Shown here piece after piece: positions 8,946 to 16,066 of a stretch of 20,000 nt of DNA. Position 1 is the stretch's first letter; every line of letters starts with the position of its first letter. Below the pieces are notes generated by a model that was not told where the DNA came from, did no database searches, and saw only the letters and a list, made by a program, of their open reading frames with translations. The DNA is from an uncultured virus (IMG/VR IMGVR_UViG_3300020055_000013). Its lineage: Duplodnaviria > Heunggongvirae > Uroviricota > Caudoviricetes. Made by a program: the position numbers and the translations under genes. The DNA is taken from the IMG/VR virus record IMGVR_UViG_3300020055_000013; one strand, given 5' to 3'.

Positions 8946-11900
8946 TCACGGTGGTCCTGTTACGGCTATTGGCCTGTATTCGCCATTAACCCGTATTGCT
9001 ATTACATAGTCTCCCTGTCTAACGTTTATGTGAGGATCTCTAAGTGTTATGAGAACGAGATTTGGAGAAGTTGGCGTAGAAGGAGCATTTACAAAATTAT
9101 TAGATGAGTCAACTACTTTTTTCCTGATGTAAAACTGTAAAGGAGTATCATTGAAAGAATTGGGTAAGTCATCAAATCTAATATTCTGTTCTACCACTCC
9201 CTCAATTATAAAAGTATCTACATTGTTTTTTAACTGATTAAATGATGTCTCGTTTGTTGAGATTCTATTATTTGTCTGCTGAATTGATTGACTATTTAGA
9301 GCTATGTCATTTAAGAAATTAGCATTAGATATGGAAGTACCGTTAGCAAAGGATAAAGTTCCTAAAATTGAAACATTTGTGGAAAACTTAGCATTATTGC
9401 TTTCAAGAGAAAGATACTCTAAGCTTGAACTATTAAAAGAAATTTTATCTGTAAAGAGAACGGAATTTTTTGATATAGTTAGAGCATTGTCAATTTTAAG
9501 AGTATTGTTTATATTAACATACTTACTTGTAAAAGATCCGTTAATCAAAGGTTCTTGGCCGTGACCAATTGCTAGTTCGTTAGAAGAAGTAGAAAGATTA
9601 GTACCGATAACGATAGACTGAGAAGTGTTTTCTGATCCAAGATTTGAGCCTAAATATACATTACCAAAACCATTTTCTATATACTTTCCAGATCTGTATC
9701 CAAGGCAGGTATTATTAGTACCATCTAGAATATTGGAACAAGCCTCGTATCCGATAGCAGTATTATTAACGGTGGAGGCAGTTATATTATTTCTTGACAG
9801 CGGCGATCTAATGCCACCAAAAGTATTTCCTTTAGTGTCTAAGGCTAGTGGCTTATCTACCGTGCTTCCATCAAAACTAGTTGCAGTAAGGTCTACATTA
9901 AACAAGTTTCCGCTACTATCCATGAAAGACAGTAGGGTGCTTTGAACGTCTAAGTCTTGTACTTCTCTGGTGAATATTTGTCCATAATTTTCAGTAGCTA
10001 CTGGGACACCAGATGAGTGCCTAATGCTTATAACCGCATCTGTGTGATCGTCATCACCAAGCGACAGCATTGCATTTGAATTCATATACTTGTTTAGTAT
10101 AGCAATATGACCGCTTGAATCGTTTATTGTTAGAGAGTTATATTCTACAGAATTTCTGAATGTATTAAGGTGAAAAACTCCGCTACTTTTAATGTACTGT
10201 AAGGAAACGCCATCATCTTTACAGTTTGCTCCACCAAGAAGCTCTAAACTTGCTTCGGTATCGTTTTGATTTTCAGCTGTTACTCTGACTACAGCGTTTC
10301 CAGTACTTCTAACATTAAGTATTGTGTCTGGAAGCATTGATTCAGAATAATCAAAATTACTAATACCTACATATCCTTCAGTTTGATCCTGAAGTAAAGT
10401 GAAACACCTTTTGGCGAAAGATGAGTCGTTGTATGAAGATATGATGTATCTATTTGGTCTTTGACCAGCTTGTTCATTAAAAAAGTTCGGTAAAGGCAAT
10501 TGAGAATCTGAAATGTAGCCAGTTTTAAATCCAGTGATTTTTTCTTTCTGATCTAAATCAAGATGGATGGATTCAGTATTCTCAAGGAATGTTTGAAATA
10601 AATTAACTTGACTTTTAGGAGATTGTATAGATATTGTATAGTTGTCTAGTTCTTCTATTGGAGATATTATGTTAAAATCACCAAGTCCAGATCTATCTAA
10701 GTGACCATTTTCTTCTGATAGGTAAGAGACTCCGCTTTCTATGAAGAAACCTAAGTCGTTGTTATATGTAAACATTCCTACTGAATCACTATTTATGATT
10801 CGGTCTGTTTTGACATGTCTTCCAGAAGCTGTCTCTAGACTAATATTTGAAAACCAAGAAGATCTTGAATATGGATCGTCAATGGAAAGATTGTTCCAAG
10901 TTTCATTTCTAGACCTGAATGTTAGTTCGTATAATCTTAAATAATCAACTCCGCTAGAGCCAATCTTAAAACCAGCACCAATGAGATCTTCATCTAGTAA
11001 ATATTGAGAGTGAGTATTTGGATCTTGGTTGTTATCGGTCGGGTCAAAATTTTCGTATAAATCAGAAACGCCACCACCATCTAAAGTTTCAAGGTCTCCA
11101 GTTGAGCCTAAATATATAGTTTTGTTTCTAAAATGACTTTGTTCTTCGGCGTGAAAAACGTTAAACTTAGCAACACCTCTTGAATAAATGTTGTATATAT
11201 GACCATTCATCCACTCCTGTCTTCTATCTCCAAGATTTTTTGAAAGAGTGTTTTCTGGAAACACATGTCCACTAAGTAATAAATTATCACTAAATATACC
11301 AGAGGTGGCTGATACATAAGAGCCAACAGAAAGGTGACCATTAGGACTAGATATGTTGTTAGTAACTACTAGGTTATTTTTTACATCTAAAGAATCATTA
11401 ATGGTTGTAGAGTTACTTAAAGTAAAACGTCTAGAAATTTCGCTATACTGAATATAATCATTATTACTATAGTTTATTGAGCTTTGAAGATAGAGATTTT
11501 TAATTCTAAAATCACTACTACCTAAAGAGAATGTATTCGTTACGGATGGGTGTATATTTCCAGCAACCTGAAGAGCAGCTCCTTCATGGAGAGTTCGGAC
11601 GCCAATACCTAACCTAAGATTATTGGATGACAAGTCTCCTTTTAGGAGGGGGATAAGCCCTTGTCCATTCTTGTTTTCACATATAGAATCTTCAGTTACA
11701 GCATGAGAGGCTAAGAAAAACTGATAGCTTTCATTTCTGTTTACGTAATATCCAGCGCCCTGACCGATTGCTATGTTAAAATTTCCCTCTTTATTGTTAT
11801 TAAGGGAGTAGCTACCAATGCCAATATTACCATAACCGTTAATATTGCTACCAAGAGCGTGAAATCCAACAGCAACATTGTCTGGGCCATACATGTTGCA

Positions 11901-12224
11901 ATTTAAAGCAAAAGATCCGACTGCAACATTTTGCTTTGCGTCAATCTGAGATTTTAAAGCGGAGTAGCCAACAGCAACATTATCAACACTGCTATAACCA
12001 ACAGATTTTCTTTTAGAGAGAGTTTCTTCTCCAGCCCTGAGTGTGCGTAAGTCAGCAGTCGAAAAGTTTTGAGAGTTTAAGTCATTGTACTCTGTTAAAA
12101 GACTTACAGAGTCAATAATGTCTAAAAGATTTCTTCTTATATCCTGCGGCGAAACAGCGCCTACAGAATTATCTAATATATCTTCCTTGATATTTCTTAC
12201 AAGAATTTCTTTTGGAATAATCAT
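8946..12224 (-). CDS. Large fibre/spike protein (1092 aa) with 17-aa N-x-A-V/I-G beta-roll repeats and a short C-proximal coiled coil
   Basis: Two clusters of NxA[VI]Gxx[AS]L repeats (YadA/Hep-Hag-like). Two fibre motifs GN/H-[IV]-x-P...LG....[IW].N (GNIHPSVTNTFSLGSSDFRIKN and GHVFPENTLSKNLGDRRQEWMN). Heptad segment IALNSQSIQQTNNRISTNETSFNQLKNNV. No signal peptide. Confidence 0.72.
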   Translation of the reverse strand: MIIPKEILVRNIKEDILDNSVGAVSPQDIRRNLLDIIDSVSLLTEYNDLNSQNFSTADLRTLRAGEETLSKRKSVGYSSVDNVAVGYSALKSQIDAKQNVAVGSFALNCNMYGPDNVAVGFHALGSNINGYGNIGIGSYSLNNNKEGNFNIAIGQGAGYYVNRNESYQFFLASHAVTEDSICENKNGQGLIPLLKGDLSSNNLRLGIGVRTLHEGAALQVAGNIHPSVTNTFSLGSSDFRIKNLYLQSSINYSNNDYIQYSEISRRFTLSNSTTINDSLDVKNNLVVTNNISSPNGHLSVGSYVSATSGIFSDNLLLSGHVFPENTLSKNLGDRRQEWMNGHIYNIYSRGVAKFNVFHAEEQSHFRNKTIYLGSTGDLETLDGGGVSDLYENFDPTDNNQDPNTHSQYLLDEDLIGAGFKIGSSGVDYLRLYELTFRSRNETWNNLSIDDPYSRSSWFSNISLETASGRHVKTDRIINSDSVGMFTYNNDLGFFIESGVSYLSEENGHLDRSGLGDFNIISPIEELDNYTISIQSPKSQVNLFQTFLENTESIHLDLDQKEKITGFKTGYISDSQLPLPNFFNEQAGQRPNRYIISSYNDSSFAKRCFTLLQDQTEGYVGISNFDYSESMLPDTILNVRSTGNAVVRVTAENQNDTEASLELLGGANCKDDGVSLQYIKSSGVFHLNTFRNSVEYNSLTINDSSGHIAILNKYMNSNAMLSLGDDDHTDAVISIRHSSGVPVATENYGQIFTREVQDLDVQSTLLSFMDSSGNLFNVDLTATSFDGSTVDKPLALDTKGNTFGGIRSPLSRNNITASTVNNTAIGYEACSNILDGTNNTCLGYRSGKYIENGFGNVYLGSNLGSENTSQSIVIGTNLSTSSNELAIGHGQEPLINGSFTSKYVNINNTLKIDNALTISKNSVLFTDKISFNSSSLEYLSLESNNAKFSTNVSILGTLSFANGTSISNANFLNDIALNSQSIQQTNNRISTNETSFNQLKNNVDTFIIEGVVEQNIRFDDLPNSFNDTPLQFYIRKKVVDSSNNFVNAPSTPTSPNLVLITLRDPHINVRQGDYVIAIRVNGEYRPIAVTGPP
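11752..11981 (-). repeat. Five tandem 17-aa protein repeats (NVAVG/NIGIG/NIAIG)
   Basis: NVAVGYSALKSQIDAKQ / NVAVGSFALNCNMYGPD / NVAVGFHALGSNINGYG / NIGIGSYSLNNNKEGNF / NIAIGQGAG. Confidence 0.9.
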
Positions 12225-12225
12225 A

Positions 12226-12927
12226 TTACTTTAAGCTGATTTCTAATTGTGACGGGATGAACTGAACTATATCGCCTTCGCCAACTGATTTTTCTACCTC
12301 TAGAGGGGCGTACATTAAAATATTGCCTTCCCCGTAGGTTTCACTATCCATTAAGGCTACCGCTTTGATCGTTCCCCAGCCACCTTTGCCAGCTTGTTCA
12401 AATGTAATATTTGATTTATTTTGTATAAAACCGTTTCCGTCGTAAAACCTGTAAATAATTTCGTCTGGATCTGGATTTGTGACAGCGTTAATAGCTCCCA
12501 CACTTACAGGCTTGTAAAAAGTAGTGGCGGGATGTTCCGGGAAAACATATGATTCAACGCCATTACCGTCAGAAGCCTGAACAGCCCTAGACTCCTCAAG
12601 ATACAGAGGGTAATAAAATCCAGACGCTGGAAGGTTTTCAGTATGAGTATAATAAACAGAAGACGGATCATCTCCAACATCAGACCATTTTGTGTTGCCA
12701 TTCTCTGAAGGGTCTCCCAGACTTACTCTAGCGTACTGGGTAGAGACTTCAGCGCCAGCTTCATTGGTTATAAAGTTCAAAACTTCGCCCATAGTTGAGC
12801 CATCATCATTGTCTTTAGGAACCTCATTTAAAAGTGCTACAGATACATTACTTGGCTTGGTAAAAGTTCCTCCCCTGAAAATAAAGTTCAATATTATACT
12901 CTCAAGATAGTCCGATAATGCAGCCAT
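12226..12927 (-). CDS. Small virion structural protein of the widespread Gp80-like / 'phage tail fiber protein' family, with an internal insertion
   Basis: Family pattern MAALSDYLE..ILNFIFRG, VALL, EV, YARVSL, N.SNITF.QA...WGTI.AVALMDS....GNILMYAPL...KSV.EGD.VQF....LEISL. SD TAGGAGAAAGAAT-ATG. Confidence 0.7.
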   Translation of the reverse strand: MAALSDYLESIILNFIFRGGTFTKPSNVSVALLNEVPKDNDDGSTMGEVLNFITNEAGAEVSTQYARVSLGDPSENGNTKWSDVGDDPSSVYYTHTENLPASGFYYPLYLEESRAVQASDGNGVESYVFPEHPATTFYKPVSVGAINAVTNPDPDEIIYRFYDGNGFIQNKSNITFEQAGKGGWGTIKAVALMDSETYGEGNILMYAPLEVEKSVGEGDIVQFIPSQLEISLK

Positions 12928-12973
12928 ATTCTTTCTCCTAAAGGTGTTCCAGAAATAAACAATCTAACTATTA

Positions 12974-12985
12974 ATACACAAAAAA
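12974..12985 (-). promoter_or_regulatory. Candidate late-promoter motif TTTTTTGTGTAT overlapping the terminator U-tract
   Basis: Shares the 12-nt string TTTTTTGTGTAT with the 16041 site and lies about 47 nt upstream of the ATG at 12927. Confidence 0.45.
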
Positions 12986-13015
12986 GCCACCCCCAATCTA
13001 ATGAAGGTGGCTTTT
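12980..13015 (-). terminator. Rho-independent terminator after the major capsid gene, possibly bidirectional
   Basis: The minus-strand RNA is GCCACCUUCA-UUAGAU-UGGGGGUGGC-UUUUUU: a 10-bp stem with two G-U pairs, a 6-nt loop and a U6 tract. An A4 run on the other side gives a shorter T tract on the plus strand. Confidence 0.88.
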
Positions 13016-13040
13016 AGTCGCTTTAGGTATTAAATAATAA

Positions 13041-14048
13041 TTAGAATGATCCGAGGATAATTCTTCTGTTATCTAAAACACCAAAGCCAAGCTCTGTCCA
13101 GCCATAATAACCAGCTCTCTGCTGGCGGTGGAGAGTTGGGTCTTCAAAGACCTGTAGCTGCTCCTTAACGGGCATAACAAAGCTGTCATTGCTTGACTGA
13201 TCTAGGCCAACAACAAGTTCTCTGTCTGAGGACTGTAGCTGTCCACCAAGCTGATCAGCGAAGAATGACTGATATTCTTGACCTTCGCCAAGTTCATCGA
13301 GGTCATGGACGTTGACACCAAAGATTCTAGTAATTGGAGCGCCGCCTTCTGGAGCGGAATAGATCTCACGACGAGTAACTTCGTCAACTTGATCTAATCC
13401 CCAATTACGAATGTCTTCTAATGCTTCTGGTGAAACATAGAGGTCAGTAAGTCGTCCACGACCAACTGAAGCGCTATTACCACCAGAATTACGACGCATT
13501 ACAGTCTGCATTAAAGAAACTAATCTCTTGGTAAAGAGACCTTCGGTTGCATCGCCGTCATAAACAAGAATATTGCGATCAACGCCAGCTGCTAGAAGCG
13601 TGTGCCAGCCGTCGTCGTTAATCTTCTTCGTGAAACCGGCTTCCATGACCTGCATGGCTCGACCAACAATATCCCAACGAGCTTCTCTTGCGTATCGGAG
13701 AAGATAATCAACCGATGAAGCAATGTTGTAAGTTGGAATCATGACGTAATCGCTTTCAACCGAACGCTCTGGAATTCTACCATGACCGGGATTAGTATAA
13801 GCGACATGCTCACCTTCAAGGCCGGGGCTGATTAGATCAAGAGGAAATTCAGTAGTTGAACCAGCTTCTACGTTCACAGTTTCGAAAATATTACCAAGAA
13901 TATTTCCAGCAAGGACGCCCTTGCGTAGTGGTAACTCAAGAGCTTTAGCGAATTCTCGCTGTGCAGCTTGAGCCAAATTTACATCCGCATCCCCCGACTT
14001 ACGTAGGAGATTGATGAATTCATCACTAGGTCTTTCGTTAATTGGCAT
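13041..14048 (-). CDS. Major capsid protein, HK97-like fold (335 aa)
   Basis: Size, position after the scaffold and decoration genes, strong SD (AAAGGAGAAAACTAATT-ATG) and a terminator directly downstream. Segments match HK97-fold capsids: E-loop-like AYTNPGHGRIPER, backbone helix WDIVGRAMQVMEAGFTKK, and C-terminal GYYGWTELGFGVLDNRRIILGSF. Confidence 0.85.
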   Translation of the reverse strand: MPINERPSDEFINLLRKSGDADVNLAQAAQREFAKALELPLRKGVLAGNILGNIFETVNVEAGSTTEFPLDLISPGLEGEHVAYTNPGHGRIPERSVESDYVMIPTYNIASSVDYLLRYAREARWDIVGRAMQVMEAGFTKKINDDGWHTLLAAGVDRNILVYDGDATEGLFTKRLVSLMQTVMRRNSGGNSASVGRGRLTDLYVSPEALEDIRNWGLDQVDEVTRREIYSAPEGGAPITRIFGVNVHDLDELGEGQEYQSFFADQLGGQLQSSDRELVVGLDQSSNDSFVMPVKEQLQVFEDPTLHRQQRAGYYGWTELGFGVLDNRRIILGSF

Positions 14049-14078
14049 AATTAGTTTTCTCCTTTAATTATATTAAGT

Positions 14079-14531
14079 TCAGGGAAGGTTGACTTCGACT
14101 TTGGCGTAGTCATCAGCATCAGGAGCTGAAAGGAATACACCAACGGCAACAGTGCCAGAAGATGCAACGTTTCCAGCAACATCGTCGCAACGATAAGCTG
14201 TTTCGCCAGCGCCGCAGTCGCTAGGATTGGTAATGTTGTTAGTTACAACGTAACCTTTACGAAGGACAGTAACCTTACCACCCTTTTGTACTTCATCCTT
14301 GTACTGATTGAGATGAGTACGAGTTAAATCTTTGTCTACGACATCGTTAAGAAGGATGCCGAGAGGGGCAGCCGAAGTGGACTTGACGCAAAGATTTACG
14401 CCCTGATCCATAGCTGCGCCAGTACCAGCAGTAGCACCATGACCAACTAAGCAACCGCGAGTGGTCGCAGTGTCATTGTAGAAAAAGCTAATGTCGGTCT
14501 GTAGTTCATATCTATCTGATTTTAGAGCCAT
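14079..14531 (-). CDS. Putative capsid decoration/cement protein (150 aa)
   Basis: Small Gly/Ala/Val-rich beta protein immediately upstream of the major capsid gene. It has PLGILLNDV, GGKVTVLRKGYVVT and a terminal VGVFLS..DADDYAKVEVNLP pattern typical of beta-tulip head decoration proteins. Strong SD: AAAAGGAGAAAATAACT-ATG. Confidence 0.7.
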   Translation of the reverse strand: MALKSDRYELQTDISFFYNDTATTRGCLVGHGATAGTGAAMDQGVNLCVKSTSAAPLGILLNDVVDKDLTRTHLNQYKDEVQKGGKVTVLRKGYVVTNNITNPSDCGAGETAYRCDDVAGNVASSGTVAVGVFLSAPDADDYAKVEVNLP

Positions 14532-14550
14532 AGTTATTTTCTCCTTTTAA

Positions 14551-15213
14551 TCACTTATTAAGTACGTTGCTTTCAAGCCATTCTGCGACACTCGCTCTAG
14601 TGGCCTGTAATTCGTCTGTATCGTCTGAAGCATCAATTAATGCAGCTTCAGTTGTTTCGACTTCTGCCAACGCTTCTTCGGCGGCTTCTTCAGCTTCAGC
14701 TTCATCGGCTACTTCTTCAGCTTTTGGCTTCATTCTTGCTTCTTCATCTTCTTCTTCCTTTTTGACGCCAACCTTTTTCTTCATCTTGTTCATAGCTGCC
14801 AAGATGGTTTCGAAAGTAGCATCATCAAGATCTTCGTAAGAAGCTAGAGATTCTTCAGCTTCTTCAGCCTCTAGACCTAAATCTAAAAGTGAAGCCATGC
14901 GCTTGCGCATATTTTCTTCTTTCTTCATCTTCTTAAGTTCTTCCATCTTTTCCTTCATTTCTTCTTCGCTCTTTGCGATTGATTCTTGAAGTTCTGTGAT
15001 GGATGCTTCTTTTTCAGCTAATGAAGCTTCTAAAGTCTTGATAGCTTCTTCTTGTTCACCAACGGTGGCTTCAAGCTTTGCCATCGACTCTAGAGTTTCT
15101 TTTGAAGCTGCTTCGGCAATCTGAGCTAGAAGAACTTTGTTTTCTTCTTTAGCAGAGGCTAGCTCACTCTTTACATCCGAAAGCTGCTTCTCTAAAAGAT
15201 TAATATCTGACAT
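14551..15213 (-). CDS. Nested in-frame scaffolding protein (220 aa, MSDINLLEKQ...WLESNVLNK) from an internal start at Met270
   Basis: The minus strand reads AAAGGAGA-AAATGAC-ATG at 15228..15211. This is the same SD core as in the capsid and decoration genes, placed exactly at the protease/coiled-coil boundary and in frame (16020-15213=807). Confidence 0.7.
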   Translation of the reverse strand: MSDINLLEKQLSDVKSELASAKEENKVLLAQIAEAASKETLESMAKLEATVGEQEEAIKTLEASLAEKEASITELQESIAKSEEEMKEKMEELKKMKKEENMRKRMASLLDLGLEAEEAEESLASYEDLDDATFETILAAMNKMKKKVGVKKEEEDEEARMKPKAEEVADEAEAEEAAEEALAEVETTEAALIDASDDTDELQATRASVAEWLESNVLNK

Positions 15214-16020
15214 GTCATTTTCTCCTTTAGGAAAAGTAGTAATTGTTGAGTTAGAACTTAGAGAGAAAGCTCTGCTAGAATCAAGAATAACACTTCTTGG
15301 ATTAGCTGGCTTGGATACAAGACCTTTGCCAGAAAAAGAAATATCTCTTAATGATCTACCAATTTTGTAGCCTTCGTATTCTCCAGTACCACCATAGGCT
15401 CGTAAATGTTTAGTTAAAAATGCAGAACCCTCATTACGTTCAAGTAGTTTTGCATTACCATCTTCGTCTAATAAAGCATAGTCAAATCCAGCGAATAAAC
15501 ATTCCATAGAAACAAACCATTTGCCTTCTTCAATTTCAGCAATAATTTGATTCATGCGCTGTCTATTTTCTGGATCTGTCCAGCTGTTATACAACACAGC
15601 CTCGGTGATAATATCAAAATCATCCGGCTGAGTATCATCTGTTATGCGGTCTCCGTTTTTGTCAACCACATAGCTTCCAGTAATATGCCCAATGATATCG
15701 TTTTCATTGTGCATAAAATTGAATTGTTTGTCTTCTGGTGTATTTCTAGCGGCCCAAGTCATTGACGAATTGAATACATCGTCATTTTTGTTCCAGCCAG
15801 TAGATACTAGAACAGAAGTAATATAGTAGAGATCTATCTGTTCGGGATTTGCGCTAGCAGCCTTAATTTTATCAACAGCGATACTTAACTTGTTGTTAGA
15901 ATCTTCATCAATTGAAGTATCTAAAGCAAGTAAAGCTGCGGGTACGCAATAAGCTATACTCGCGTTAGACTGAACTAACGGAGCAACGCCGTCTTGTATT
16001 TCTTGTTTAAATATTTTCAT
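14551..16020 (-). CDS. Prohead maturation protease (N-terminal ~250 aa) fused to a coiled-coil scaffold (C-terminal ~220 aa)
   Basis: The N-domain carries VSTGWNKNDDVF, FNFMH..IIGH, WFVSMEC and FSGKGLVSKPAN, resembling HK97/assemblin-fold prohead proteases (candidate catalytic His in FMH, Ser in VSMEC). The C-half is an E/K/A-rich heptad coiled coil. It lies between the portal and capsid genes. Confidence 0.8.
   Translation of the reverse strand: MKIFKQEIQDGVAPLVQSNASIAYCVPAALLALDTSIDEDSNNKLSIAVDKIKAASANPEQIDLYYITSVLVSTGWNKNDDVFNSSMTWAARNTPEDKQFNFMHNENDIIGHITGSYVVDKNGDRITDDTQPDDFDIITEAVLYNSWTDPENRQRMNQIIAEIEEGKWFVSMECLFAGFDYALLDEDGNAKLLERNEGSAFLTKHLRAYGGTGEYEGYKIGRSLRDISFSGKGLVSKPANPRSVILDSSRAFSLSSNSTITTFPKGENDMSDINLLEKQLSDVKSELASAKEENKVLLAQIAEAASKETLESMAKLEATVGEQEEAIKTLEASLAEKEASITELQESIAKSEEEMKEKMEELKKMKKEENMRKRMASLLDLGLEAEEAEESLASYEDLDDATFETILAAMNKMKKKVGVKKEEEDEEARMKPKAEEVADEAEAEEAAEEALAEVETTEAALIDASDDTDELQATRASVAEWLESNVLNK
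15221..15228 (-). promoter_or_regulatory. Internal Shine-Dalgarno AAAGGAGA for the scaffold start
   Basis: The plus strand reads tctccttt at 15221-15228, 7 nt upstream of the ATG at 15213. Confidence 0.7.
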
Positions 16021-16040
16021 ATGCGCCTCTATGAAAAAGT

Positions 16041-16053
16041 ATACACAAAAAAA
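16041..16053 (-). promoter_or_regulatory. Candidate late-promoter motif TTTTTTTGTGTAT upstream of the protease gene
   Basis: Lies in the portal/protease intergenic gap. The same TGTGTAT core occurs upstream of the genes starting at 18097 and 12927. Confidence 0.45.
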
Positions 16054-16066
16054 CGAATAAAATTGA

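Noticed and set aside
3..12224. Diversity-generating retroelement acting on the fibre genes
   Set aside because: No reverse transcriptase gene and no TR/VR near-duplicate were noticed in the window. A self dot-plot of the full contig would be needed to exclude a distant template.
13021..13070. Programmed frameshift or read-through extending the capsid protein
   Set aside because: There is no slippery heptamer before the TAA, and a terminator follows within about 30 nt.
1148..13387. Short alternative-frame minus-strand ORFs (1148-1423, 8075-8272, 12504-12701, 13202-13387)
   Set aside because: They are fully nested out of frame in well-supported genes, with no protein motifs or convincing RBS.
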